The translations under genes and the position numbers were made by a program. A stretch of DNA of 64,000 nt from the human T2T-CHM13v2.0 reference genome, Homo sapiens. The stretch lies in assembly GCF_009914755.1 (NCBI RefSeq), contig NC_060932.1; one strand, given 5' to 3'. The notes below the pieces were generated by a model. That model was not told where the DNA came from and ran no database searches. It saw only the letters and a program-made list of their open reading frames with translations. Positions within the stretch are counted from its first letter, which is position 1, and each line of letters begins with the position of its first letter. Below are positions 14,180 through 27,858 of this stretch, piece by piece.

Positions 14180-14790
14180 CACCTTTATTGAAATGTAATT
14201 TATATACCTTAAAGTTTACCCATTTTGACTGTGTAATTCAATTGTTTGTAGTAGGTTTACAGAGTTATGCAGCCATCATTACAATTTAATTTTAGAATAT
14301 TTTAATCAACAACCCCTCCCAAGTAAACTCTTTACCAATTAGCTCCCCATCTCCTCTCCTCCAGCTCCAGGAAACCACCAGTCTACTTTCTCTATAGATT
14401 TGCCTATTCTGGTTATTCTGTATGAATGGGATCATATAACCTATGGTCTTTTATATCTGGTTTCTTTCACTTAGCATAAAGTTTCTGAGGTTCATCCATG
14501 TTATAGAATGTATTAGTACTTCATTTATTTTTATGGCTGAATAACATTTGATAGTGTTTATCCATTCATCAATTGGTGGGCTTTTGGGTTGTTTACACAT
14601 TTTTGAATGTTACGAATACGGCTGTTATAAACATTTGTGTACAATTTTTTTGTATGACCATATGATTTCATTTTTTTTGGGTATATACCTAGGAATGGAA
14701 TGGTTAGTTCATGTAGTAATCTTATATTTACTTTTTTGAGGAACTGCCAAACTGTTTCCCACAGTGACTTTATTTTACACTCACATTTAC
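14180..14790 (-). mobile_element. L1MB 3' fragment
   Basis: ctttattgaaatgtaatt...ctttcacttagcata...ggtatatacctaggaatggaa...gaggaactgccaaactgtt. Confidence 0.85.
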
Positions 14791-14859
14791 CATGTCTTTA
14801 TTTAAAGAAAAAATGAGAATCTATTGCAAAAGTGAAAAGATTATTGTACTCACTGAAGA

Positions 14860-15070
14860 CAGTATGTTTATAAAGTGTTCAGCACGGTGTCACATCAGAT
14901 GTAATCCTCATAGTAGGCCTATATGGATGATATTATTATAAAGCCCATTTAGAGATAAGAAAGCTGAGGAGTGAAGAAGTTCAGGACTTGTCCAAGATCA
15001 CACAGAAAGTGGTAGGTAGATCTGAGACTCTTAATATGTATTCATCTGGCCCCAGACCGGTGCTTTTAAG
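14860..15070 (-). mobile_element. MIR SINE
   Basis: aatcctcatag...cccatttagagataagaaagctgagg...gacttgtccaagatcacacag. Confidence 0.7.
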
Positions 15071-16085
15071 AGCTGAGTTTCCCTTTTAGTTATGGAGATG
15101 AAAATTAGCATTTATACTAATCATGTACTAGGTAATCAGCATAGATCTAATCGAGGGGCTATACCTTCTAAAGCCATGGGGCTACCCTTCTGATCCAGGA
15201 TGAGATGGCAGATGCCACCCAGAGCTTGGTCATCAGTGTTACATTGATTAAAGAGGTCATGACATTAGAGGAAATTTCTGTTTGATCCATTTTAAGGGGT
15301 TCTAAATCTAAGAAAATGGGAAAATAAAGTACCTAATTAGCTTGGTTGAGTTTGTGCCATAATCCCAAAGACACAATCCTAAATGCCATGATCCCAAATG
15401 TTGAAATCCCTAAGGATCAAAATTCCTAAAGTCAACAATCCCCCAAATCACAATCCCAAATGATCAAAATCAGAAAGGTATAATTACACAAAAAATTTTT
15501 TTAAATATGCTTGTTTACATTTTTAAAAGGCAATTTACCTGAGAAACATATAAAAACACAACAGAACACTTAGAACACTTCATAGGCCACTTTACAAATA
15601 AAATAGGCAAAAATAACATACATATTTTTGCAAATATACCTAAACACTCAGGTATACTAATGACAGTCACATGGATATCAGAGTTTTAAGCAGATGAACT
15701 GTATTCATAAAGAAATACGTCAAAAAGAGAAATGTATAGATGCATGTCACTATAGTTGGTAACTGTGTGCACCCACCTTTATAACTGTGGTCATCTGAAA
15801 TACCATGATGGAAAACCTAACTCTTGATAAAAAGAATCAAAAACCATAATGAGTCACCACCACCTATTGCAGTCGCCCAAAGAGATAAGATCTTGAGGAA
15901 TCTTATCATCTTTCACAAATGCAGATATACAAAAAGAACACTTCTTCATTCATTAAGGAAGTTTCAATGCTTTTACATACACATACAATGCTTACACAGA
16001 GTCAATGTTGTGATAATGTGCTTTTGTGGAGTCAAATTTGCAAAAACTACATAAAACAAATTAGAACTTTTTAAGAGTCTACACA

Positions 16086-16425
16086 TTTTCATGCTGCTGA
16101 TAAAGACATACCCAAGACTGGGACGAAAAAGAGGTTTAATTGGACTTACAGTTCCACATGGCTGGGGAGGTCTCAGAATCATGGTGGGAGGTGAAAGGTA
16201 CTTCTTACCTGATGGCTGCAAGAGAAGAATGAAGAAGCAAAAGTAGAAACCCCTGATAAACCCATCAGAACTCATGAGACTTATTCACTATCATGAGAAT
16301 AGCATGGGAAAGACCAGCCCCCAGGATTCAATTACCTCTTCCTGGGTTCGTCCCACAACATGTGGGAATTCTGGGAGATACAATTCAAGTTGAGATTTGG
16401 GTGGGGACACAGCCAAACCATATCA
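16086..16425 (-). mobile_element. THE1-family solo LTR nested in Ricksha
   Basis: ttttcatgctgctgataaagacataccc...gggacacagccaaaccatatca. Confidence 0.9.
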
Positions 16426-16842
16426 CTACGTAATTTATAACTCCAGTATTGGAAATGATGTGAAGATAAAATACATAGCACAGTGAATTGGTGCTTTGGC
16501 AAAGGAAAATTCTTCATTTTTCACCCTTTGTTTTCTATGATCTTTGAAACACTTGTTGTATTTTGAAAGCAGTTGTGGTCTACAAGTTTTATAAGTATAT
16601 GCAGTTCCATTTGAAAGCCTAGCTATTGTTTGGCTTTTGGAATTAAGCAATTTTGTTTTGCTTTTGCAGCACCAATAATAATCAGCTTTTAAACTTTCTT
16701 TAAACTACCTTTCACCATTAAGAAGCCTCATACACTTAACTCATAGCCTTTTTGCAAGGAAATAGTTTCACTGATTTCTTCCATTATGTTGTAAGGCATA
16801 CAGTAGGAAGGAATAATATTCAAACTCCTGAATACCAAATCC

Positions 16843-17500
16843 GTATTAGGGTTCTCCAGAGAGTCCAAACCAACAGGATATGTGTATAGATAAATGAGAG
16901 GATTTATTAGGGGAATTGGCTCATGCAGTTACAGTGTCTGAGAAGTTCCAGGACAGGCCATCTGCAAGTTAGAGACCCTGGGATGTCGCTAGCATGGCTC
17001 AATCCAAGTCCAAAGGCCTCAGAACTGGGGAAGCTGATTGTGTAACTCCCAGTCTGAGGCCAACAGCCTCAGGACCCGGGGGGCCACTGGTGTTAAGTCC
17101 TAGAGTTCAGAGGCAGGACAGCTTGGAGTTCTGATGTCCAAGGCAGCAGAAAAAAAGGTCTGTCCTAGTTCTCAGAAAGAGACTAATTGCCTTCCATATT
17201 TGTTCTTTGGCCCCCAGCTGATTGGATGGTGCCTGCAAGCCGTAAGGGAAGAGTTTCCCCCACCATATCTACACAGACTAACACTTTCATCTTCTCTGAA
17301 AACACTCACAGACCCCCAAAATAATGCTTTACCGGGTTTCTATGCATCCTTAATCCAGTCAAATTGACACTTAAAATAAGCCCACAAGTTCCCACCTTGT
17401 CAACATGGCACCCAAACACATCATCTTAAACCATACTTAATTTCCAAATAAAAAACAGCAAGGTAATAGTTCTGCCTACCATGATGCAACTACCCTGAGA
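16843..17500 (-). mobile_element. MLT2B (ERVL) LTR plus adjacent ERVL internal 3' end, inside Ricksha
   Basis: gtattagggttctccagag...gggaattggctcatg...aatccagtcaaattgacac, followed by ccttgtcaacatggcaccc (ERVL 3' internal). Confidence 0.8.
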
Positions 17501-17719
17501 ATAACCCAACACACAAATTCCTTCCCCAGAATTTGGTTTTCAGGATTTCAACATTCGGGATTTTAATCCTTCAGGATTGTGACTTTTTGGATTTTAGACG
17601 TTAGAGATTTTAGACTTTAGGGATTTTGATTGTTTGGGATTTCAACACTTGGGATTATGGCGCTCAGGATTGTGTCTTTTGGAATTGTGATGGGCACTGA
17701 GTTAGCTCACACAATCTGG

Positions 17720-17950
17720 TGAGTGCTTGCTGCAGACCAAGCATTTTGCTGAGCGAGATTCCATTAGACACAGTAAGTCCAGTCTTCACAACAGCACTCT
17801 GAAATAGGCACTGGGATTGGCTCCATTCAGCAGATTGGGAAATACTGGCCTAGTGTTAAGTGCTTTTGCCTTGGTCATGTATCTACGGGAGGTGACATAG
17901 CTGGGACTTACACGCACGAAACCTGGTGCCAAAGCCTGGGTTCATAAGCT
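17720..17950 (-). mobile_element. MIR SINE
   Basis: agtcttcacaacagcactctgaaatagg...gttaagtgcttttgccttggtca. Confidence 0.55.
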
Positions 17951-18498
17951 TAACGTCATGAAATCCTTTTAGAAGCAGCAACCACCATGAAATTTACTCT
18001 GCTATAAGACCTCACTGTAAAAGATTGGTCTGTGGTTACTTTGAAAATAGAGGATTTAAAATCTATGTCCAGTAAATGCAATTTTAGTTTTCAACTTCAA
18101 AGTAATATATGAATAGAATTATAGCTTTTTAGTCTTGACAAATGTCACCATTCTATGGCAAACTTTTGAAGAGAAATGTTGTGTTCCAAAAGCTGCAAGT
18201 ACATTAAATCTTTGTGTACAAAGCCAAAACCTTTTTCTCTCAGTGGGATGTTTTGTTGTGGGATTCCTGGATAACCCACATTAAGGACTGTCTGTAAAGA
18301 GAGAAAATCAAGTGATGGTATCATACAGGCCAAAATAACTGTCTATAGGATGTCTTGGGGTCTTTGGTGGCATCCTGTGGGAGACAGCTCAGTTCTGCTC
18401 CTGGGATAACTGGTAGAAGACATTCTTCCAGGCAGCCCTCAGAACTTGGCTTTCAGGCTGCACACAGAACTGGAACAGTACTGGGAAATGGTCAAAAC

Positions 18499-18685
18499 TG
18501 TACATTTTAACAAAGCTAAAAGGAGAATTTTGAATGTTTTCACCACAAAGATACATTAAATATTTGTGGTAAGAGATATGCTGATTAGCCTGATTTTATC
18601 ATCCCACAATGTATACATGTATCAAAATACCACATTGTACTCCATAAATACATGCAATAACTATCTGTCAATTAAACATAAAACA
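18499..18685 (+). mobile_element. L1MA-type 3' end
   Basis: ttttgaatgttttcaccacaaag...gatatgctgattagcctgatt...cacattgtactccataaata. Confidence 0.8.
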
Positions 18686-18993
18686 AAGAGTACAAGAAAA
18701 AGAGGAAACAAGATCAGGGACAGGGGTGATGTGAGCCCTGATCACACACATACTCTCTCATGTAATTCTCATGAAGGAACTGAACACGCTGCTTAATCCT
18801 TCTGGGTTGTGCTTTCTTAGTCTATCTCTTCATAGAGTTGTTTTGAGGATGAAATGATTTGAAACATATACAGCACTTAGGAGCAGTGCTGGGACCATCA
18901 GGAGCTCTTATGGTTACCAGTGTTTGTTTAGAAGCATGAGCTTTGTAGTCAGATAAACCTGAGTTTCACTCATGACTTTGGTACTTACTTTCT

Positions 18994-19420
18994 TGTCTAG
19001 AGAGGGCTGAAGATACACAGATATTTCGTCTAGAGAGGGCTGAAGATACACAGATATTTATGCTTCCTGTTCAACAGTAAGGAGTTATACGTGAGAAGTG
19101 TCTACCTAGCCAGATTCCACATTTCCCATTTCTTCCTGGAGTTAAGTGTGGACAGGTGACTGCGTTCTAGATTACAGAAACTTTGCACAAGTGATGTGCA
19201 CCACTTCCAGGCCTGGTTCCTTAACCCTCCCAGATACTCTCCTGCATCCTCTTTCTCCTCTTTATTCTGCTAGAATATCGAAATTGACAGAGCTTCTGGC
19301 AGCCAGGTCTCTGCCTTCCTCTTCAACAACCTAGTAGACAAGAAATGAACGTCTATTGTGTTAGTGCCAGTGTGCATTTTTGGGTTTATAGAGCAGTTAG
19401 GTATAGCCACACTTAATATA
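18994..19420 (+). mobile_element. MLT1I/J-like LTR inserted in a MIR
   Basis: cacatttccca...aagtgatgtgcaccacttccaggcctgg...gaaatgaacgtctattgtgtta; MIR halves on both sides. Confidence 0.6.
18995..19059. repeat. Perfect 2-copy tandem duplication, period 33 bp
   Basis: gtctagagagggctgaagatacacagatattt at 18995-19026 and 19028-19059. Confidence 0.95.
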
Positions 19421-21486
19421 TGACCTTGGGCAATTATGTATCATCTGTGAACTTCCATCTGTAAAGTGTGGGTAATGGTACTTATTTTGCAATTTTGTTG
19501 TAAGGATTAAATGAAATCAAATATAAAATTTTCAGCTTAATCAGGTTGTTATTTTTATTATTTATATACCACTAACATCTAATAGTTAAAGTGTTAGGAG
19601 ACATTTGATGGTCCTTTTACATGGCTGCAGTATAAATCCCTTTTCTTTCAGTTATATGACAGAAAAGTTATATTGTTTTCCCAGAGCTCTGGGAGAACAA
19701 CAGAGGGGAAGTCTATCAGTCCTCTTTATCATCTATTCCCTTGACAGCTTTACATTGAGATTCTGCTGAGAATCTAAACCCCATAAGGTTTGGGACTGGG
19801 TCTTATCTTACATCTCTTCCCCCAGAGTAGCTAGCCTAGTGTCTTGTATATAGCAAGTGATTAACACATGTTTCTTGCATTTTTTTTATTTTCTAGTATT
19901 TATTATTTGCATACTATGTTTCCAGCACTGTGCATGTGCTTAATTTTCTTGCATTATTTTCATACAGAGTATCTCATGTGAAACTCCTACAGTATTATGA
20001 GATGAGCAGTACTTTTCTCCACTATAGAGATAAAGTCACATCGCATAGCAGCAACAGGAGAATTAGGATAGGAATCCAGGTAATCTGACTTCAGAGCCAC
20101 TACAGTTCCTCTTATGGATGAATAATAGTAATCTTTAGCTTACTGAGGACATATCATGTAAGTGCTAAACTCTTTACATGTGTAAACCCATTTAATATTC
20201 ACTACAGCTGTGTAAAGATGAAATTTGTGTATTAGGTGAAGTTTGTTACATAGATATAAAAAAACTAAAGGATGCCTAACTAAGGCATCCAACCCAGTCT
20301 TTGCCGTCTTTGGGGAAAAAATTGATAACAGGAAAAATCTACTCATGAATATTTGATAATTATGAAAAAGAAAATCTGGCTGTGCATACGGTAAAAGAAT
20401 TATTTAATCCTCACTCATTCCTTCACCATTGAATTAGCACCTACGGTATGTCAGGCACTGAACGAGGAGCTGAGGTTACAGAGAAGTCAGCCCCTGCCCT
20501 CAAGAGCTTTTCTGTCTAGTGGGTGAGGGAGAAACATAAACTTAGTGAACTTAAGACATATTAGAGCAAGAGCCAGCTGAATTCTTGATGCTGGGAACAG
20601 TTGGACATAACATGACCAGTTTGTACAGTCAGAAGCAGCCAAGTAGGAGGTAATAATTTTAGTTTTACATAAAATGAATGATTTATGAGTGTTTTCTGTT
20701 GGGGGGCAGGGAAGCAAAAGAAATGAGACTTAGAAGTATTTGTTGGGTTCATTTATTTTAACATTTCCCATATGCTCAGAAGACAACATAATGAAATATA
20801 TTTTCTTTGTTAGACACTGAAGAGCTTGGCAGGCCTTCCTATTTATTCCTTGTATTCCAATCTCTTGTTATGATGTCTGCTAATATTTCCTATAAGTGTG
20901 TCTTATTTCACTAAAAAAAAAAATACAAATAAAACAGCACATACACAACAACAACAATTCAAGTAGGTTCATTCCACATTTTCTTGGGACCATGTTAGTT
21001 ATAAGGAAGTAAATTAAAACTGTAAGATAAAAAGTTGTAGACCACTGAGATCTGTAATACTGCTAATAATACCCAGGATTTCTAGAGTCCGTTGGAGCCT
21101 TCAAAGCTTGTTGTATATCTGCTTATCTTTGCCTGATTTAATACTCTAGGAAGTTTGCAAAGGAAGTAATCCGATGCTTATATTCAAGGTGAGGAAGTAG
21201 AGTCTCAGAGAAGCATAATGACTTGTCTCAGGTCAGATCAACTGTATATTACAGAACCATGTCTTCAACCAGGCTCTTTCTATACAATTGTTTCAGCTGT
21301 AATATGCTGCAGATATCTCTACTTTGAATTAGAGCAAGAAACCAATATTTTAATGTTTGTCATCTATTTTTTGGTATCAAAATTTTATTTGTTAAAAGTT
21401 TCTCCTAAATAAAATGATGCTTTAGATATTTAAATAGATCCTACAAAGGCAATTTTTAAAATAATTTTCTGGTTCTTAACCATCTA

Positions 21487-21769
21487 ATTTTTTTTTTTTT
21501 TTTTTTGAGACGGAGTCTCGCTCTGTTGCCAGCCTGGAGTAAAGTGGCATGATCTCAGCTCACTGAAATGTCTGCCCCCCAGGTTCAACCGTTTCCCCTG
21601 CCTGGGATTACAGGCAGGAGCCACCAGGCCCAGCTAATTTTTTGTATTTTTAGTAGAGGCAGGTTTTCACCATGTTGGCCAGGAAGGTCTCGATCTCCTG
21701 ATCTCGTGATCCACCCACCTCAGCCTCCCAAAGTGCTGGGATTACAGGCATGAGCCACCATGCCCGGCC
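21487..21769 (-). mobile_element. AluS SINE
   Basis: Poly-T then antisense Alu with a small internal deletion; catcta on both flanks. Confidence 0.95.
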
Positions 21770-22850
21770 CTCATCTACTATTTTTTTTTTTTTTAGTAAT
21801 GATTCTAGTGTTTTTATGAAAAATATGTAAAAATAATTTCTGAGTTTTCTTGAGCTTGCCCAGCTCTACTAAACTTGAGCTTTTGGTAAGAACTAGATGT
21901 TTCAGATCTGTCTACATCTCAACAGCTCAGAAGCTGGACTGGAACAAGGACACAGTGCTGAGGGCAGCTCCAGGTGGGTCCTTCGGTCCTGGACCGTGAC
22001 ATTTTTGAGTTTACCTTGGTGACAGCTCCCGAGACTTGAACATGTTAGCGTGGTCTGTGCTTGTTCTATTGCTTGACAGGGCCCAAGAACAAGCTTCCTG
22101 AGCCTGGCATTCAGTTCTTTAGGGATGCTGCATGAATTTTTATAACCTATCCACCCACCTCACGTCATTATTTCAGAAATATATAAATTCCTGGCAATTC
22201 TCCTTTCTTTTTCAAAGGAGGAAGGCCCACTGCAGTATCTTTTATCAATCTCCTTTCTGTCTGTAATACAGGGCCCCATTTTCCCTCCCTAGGCATTGGT
22301 GACTATTTTCTCACAATTTTATCTGTCTCTGGCTTTTCTTCTCTGATCCATTTGCCACATTAGCACTGGAGTTATTTTGTTTTACTGGAATTTTAAGACT
22401 GAGCGTGTCATTCTCCCACTTAAAAATCTCGGAAGGCTCAGTATATCCAATGCAAGATAAAGTCAAAAGTCAGGGAATTCTGGGTCCCAGGATCACCCAA
22501 GTAATTGACCTCAAGTGACTTTTCCGGATCCTCAGTACCGGTGCCAGGTCACCTACACTACCTTACGTTCCAGCCCCTGGGGCCTTTTGGCCTGTTCTCT
22601 ATTAAACAAACATGTCACACCACCGTATTTTTCTTCTCCGGTTTCCCAAAGATATACTTTGTCCCACGGTATACCTATCAAAGTGTCTTCACTCATTTAA
22701 TGTCCAGTTTAAATACCTCCTACTGTGGGGTGCTTACCCTGATGATCCCCTAGAATTACATGCTGATAGCCCATTACTTGTGTGAACATTGAACAATCTT
22801 TCTTGCTTATAAGGTAGCTGCTTTTGTGTCTGTCTCATCTACTAGATTAC

Positions 22851-23027
22851 GAGGGTTGGCTTCATCAGCATGAGAGCTGTGAAGCTGCACGGTAGCCCAT
22901 GTTTCAACGGATCCACGTTTGACTCAATGCTTTGCTATTGCCATCTTGAAATTCTTACCGTTTTTCAAGTAAGTCGCTCTCCATCTTCATTTTACACTGA
23001 GTCCTGCAAATATTATAGGTGGTCCTG
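22851..23027 (+). mobile_element. MER91A-like hAT-Tip100 MITE
   Basis: agggttggcttcat...aatgctttgctattgccatcttgaaattctta...cattttacactgagtcctgcaaat...ggtcctg. Confidence 0.75.
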
Positions 23028-23591
23028 TCTTAAGAACAGAGGCTAATTTGAATTCATCTTTAACTATACCAGCTCTATGCCTTTCACCTAAGTGCTGCCT
23101 ACTTTAAACTTCTTATTGAAAGAAACTGGAAATGAGTAGCCAAAAATGTGCTTAATTACAACATTTCAGAACAGGAGCCTGACTTGAAACTCACTTGAGA
23201 AGTCTGGGTATCCAGAGACATAAAGTTTCCCAAGGTCCTGTGTCAGTGGAAGTCAGTTCCAGGATTTTCCACAAACCACATTTACTCCTTATTGGGGAGC
23301 AGCATGTTTCTACCAGATGTAAATAACAGGCTTGACAATGAAGCCACCTCTGAGACTGCCCAGTGGAGCTCTGAGGCGTGGGATTGGAATCTGCTATAAA
23401 GATGGGAGACAACGGATTCCCTTCCAAGCTCACATGATGTGAGATTCTTGGCATTCTTCCGGTAGTAACCACAGAGGCCAGCCAGACTAGCCCATGCATT
23501 GGATTTCTTACAGAGTCATCTTTGTTTTTTTTCTAGACTAAGTTGCCCCACAGAGAGGCAAAGGGATTGTTTCTAGAAAGGATCACCTCCC

Positions 23592-23915
<324 letters not shown>

Positions 23916-24365
23916 TCAGCTTCAGAAATAGAATTGACATGTAGTACTCTTAAAGTCCCAGAACTTTATCCATTTTCATATCCATTTTCTCCCCAATGAT
24001 AACTCCATGCCTCTTTTAATTGTCCCCTTCCTTTCCTCTGTAGTTCCTCTTTTCAGTTTCACCACCTGTATATGTATCCCTAAATGTATGTATCCCTGTT
24101 CTGAACTTTAGGATCATGTTACGTATCTGTCTTCTGTGCCTTGCTCTATTTGCTTTTCATTGTGTCTACAATCAGTTAATATTGATGTATGCAGTTAGAG
24201 ATCATTAATTTTCAATGCTATATAGTATTTCACTGACTATAAAACAACATATGCAGTCTCATTCTATGAACAATGACCATTTAAGATGCTTGGTATTACG
24301 AATAATGTTAAGAGAAGCATTTCTGCAAAATTTCTCTCAGTATAAAGTTGTCAATTTCTCTAAAG

Positions 24366-24405
24366 CAGGGGTCAGTAAAATATAGACCAAGGACCAAATG
24401 CAGCC
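24366..24405 (+). mobile_element. MER58-like hAT-Charlie 5' end fragment
   Basis: caggggtcagtaaaatatagacc..ggaccaaatgcagcc resembles the MER58 terminus. Confidence 0.5.
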
Positions 24406-24417
24406 TTGGGTCTTGCA

Positions 24418-24626
24418 CTCCTGAGCAGCTGGGACTACAGGAGTGCAAGACCATGCCTGGCTCATTTTTTTTCTTTCCTTTTTTTTTTTTTTTTTTTTTT
24501 TTGTATTTTTAGTAGAGACAGGGTTTCACTGTGTTGGCCAGAATGGTCTCAAACTCCTGATGGCAAGTGATCTGCCTGCCTTGGCCTCCCAGAGTGCTGG
24601 GATTACAGGTGTGAGCCACTGTGGCC
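24418..24626 (-). mobile_element. Alu lacking most of its right arm and tail
   Basis: Begins at ctcctgagcagctgggactacagg; expanded poly-T linker; left arm complete. Confidence 0.9.
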
Positions 24627-24651
24627 TATTTCTTTTTAAATTATTATTTTA

Positions 24652-24694
24652 TTAGGTTAGTGCAAAAGTAATTTAGGTTGGTGTAGCAACCTAA
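24652..24694. mobile_element. Internally deleted or rearranged MADE1 (Hsmar1 MITE)
   Basis: ttaggttagtgcaaaagtaatt...caacctaa, flanked by TA. Confidence 0.75.
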
Positions 24695-26140
24695 TATTAA
24701 ATAAGAATACATATTTTAGGCGTACTTTTTGGTAGATATACAGTTAAAAATGTAAGTAAGGCTAAGTAACTTAGCAAGACCATTCAACTAGTAAGTGGCA
24801 GAATTGGGATTTGAACTTCAGTCTCTTTGGCTCCAAAGCTCAATCTTTCTAATCACTTCTCATGTGCCTAGGTTTAAGTCAGTGTTATTTTATTGTATTC
24901 CTTTCACTTAATTGCTTCTCTATACTGAGATACCACAAAACAGATTTGTACAGCCTCCATTTTTACCCAAATCAGTGGAGCCTGTCAAGTTAATTGGTTG
25001 TGACACACAGCTTCCAGAACATGTAATTATCAGCTGCATTGAGTGGGAAGTTCGGATGACAGTGAATAGTACATGTAGACAGAAATCTGTGTGTTGCTAC
25101 AACTGAAGAACAAGCCAAAAATGTAACATTAATCAAAATGCCAATGTAGTAGTATACCAGAAAATAGTTCTATGTGGAAATGAAAGCCGGAGAAATCTAC
25201 AAACATTCATATTTGTAATCCACAATTAGTCTCTGTGCATCATATTCTCCTTTTTAACACCCAGATATGGAGAACCAGTATATTCTACTGGATATAAATG
25301 GAAGAATGGTCCCTTCTTTCATTCTACAATAACCACAGTTTCATCCTCTTATGCCTATAGCAGCTGACAGATGAGTGTGACTGATTACTCAGCCAAGTCA
25401 ACTTTCAAATATGAGAAGCAAAAGCTCTTTCAGGAGGCTCAGGCAGCTCCAAGAGCTCCTGTACCATCTGTAGTGGAAGGAGTTTTGTAGCTAGACAACC
25501 AAGGTTTGTGTCCTGGCTTTGTCACTTACAAGCTATGTGATTTTGGACAAATGACTTCACCTGAGTCTGTATCCTTATTGGCAAAAACTTGTAAAGTAGC
25601 TCAATACTTTTAAATATTGGCTGATTATTTGAATACCCTGGATAGCTTTTTTAAAAATACCATTAAAGTGGCCTTACCTGCCCTGGGCCAATTAAACCAA
25701 TTTGTTTGTAGTTGGAGAGAAGAGTCATGGATCTTGGCATTTTTAGGAAGCTTAATTCATTTAAAAAAGTGGGCTAGAACTACTGCCTTATGGATGGTTG
25801 TGTGATTCCTAAACTGGAAAAAAGGACCTTATAAAAACATCTGTTTGATTCTCTCCTTTATAATACAGAAAGTGATATCCAGGGAGGTAAAGTGATCCAC
25901 CCAATGTTCAATGGCCAGTTATGTAGCAGAACCAGCACTAGACCAAATGTTTCTTAACCTCTAGCCTTGCACTCATTAGAAAGACATTGAATCTTCAAAC
26001 TAGAAACACCAAAGACTCTTTCCTCTCTTTGGAAGAAATAGTATTCCCTCTTAATTTCAAAAATGCCTAGTTTATATGTTAAATTGTTACCTTGCATAGA
26101 AAAATGCATCACAAGCAAACAAATGAAACAAACCAACCAG

Positions 26141-26168
<28 letters not shown>
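26141..26168 (+). repeat. (GT)n microsatellite
   Basis: gt run. Confidence 0.95.
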
Positions 26169-26171
<3 letters not shown>

Positions 26172-26227
26172 GGGGTGGAGGTGCTTGCAGTGATAAATAG
26201 GACCCAGGTCATTCTGAAGAAAAATGG

Positions 26228-27037
<810 letters not shown>

Positions 27038-27141
27038 TATGACATTTGAATCTCCTTATAAGAGTGCCTAGACCAAAAATAAGTTCTCTTATTATTATGA
27101 GTCTTATTATGGTCCATGGGCTACTATAAAAAATCCTACAT

Positions 27142-27280
27142 TAGTGGTTTTCAATCCTGGATATAAATTAGAATAACCCGGGAGCTTTTTACATAATACT
27201 GATTCCCTACACCTCTTCTCCCAAAAACTGGATCAGAATCTTTGGGGATGGCAACCAGGCATCAGGGTTGAGAACCACAG
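27142..27280. mobile_element. MER5-like hAT-Charlie MITE
   Basis: Termini agtggttttcaa and ttgagaaccac; internal atcagaatct. Confidence 0.65.
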
Positions 27281-27858
27281 CAGCTGGGCCCTGAAGCGCA
27301 GGGAGGTTGTCAGGTTACCTAGTGCCAAGTAGGAGGTAAGACTCATGTGCCATAAATGTCTGAATATAAGCTGAGGACTTTCTCTGAAATTATTTTTCAT
27401 AAAAGAATAACCCATTTATTGCATTATGTTCAAGTTCTTACAATGTTTCTCATGCTATGGGCACTCTCTCATTTACTATGTGTGTACCACACCGTTTTTA
27501 ACAACTATCTTAATGCTATGCAAATTGAGTAACTTGGGATTCCTTCATATTTAGACATATAGGATGACACTATCACTTAACTTCTTTTCCTTCCATCATA
27601 CTCTGAAACTCCCATATTAATAGGTCATGGACTGGTCCATGGACTTTTAAAATCTTGGGCAAGTTACTTCCCCTCCTTAGGATTCAGGGTTTTTCTGCAT
27701 TTAATAAATTGAAAGCCTTGGACAAGACTGAATAACATTGTATAAAGCCCCTGAATTACAGTGCCTCTAACTCTACCTCTTCACCTATTTTGCATACACA
27801 GTTTGGGCAAACCACTTACATCACTTTATTTTCTCTTTAAGTTTGCTGTCATTTGGTG

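Larger units (their letters stand above)
15348..17699 (+). mobile_element. Ricksha (MULE/MuDR DNA transposon fossil) with long TIRs and nested LTRs
   Basis: Left end cataatcccaaagacacaatcctaaatgccatgatcccaaatgttgaaatcc; the right end is its inverted repeat (ggatttcaacacttgggattatggcgctcaggattgtgtcttttgg); subterminal aaatccc-type repeats. Confidence 0.85.

Noticed and set aside
15360-15480. Short spaced aatccc repeats, mirrored at 17540-17690, superficially array-like
   Set aside because: These are subterminal repeats of the Ricksha TIRs; not CRISPR or telomeric repeats.
21907-21973. Possible plus-strand exon (tttcag|ATCTG...CAG|gtgggt)
   Set aside because: Poor polypyrimidine tract, no recognisable peptide and no partner exons.
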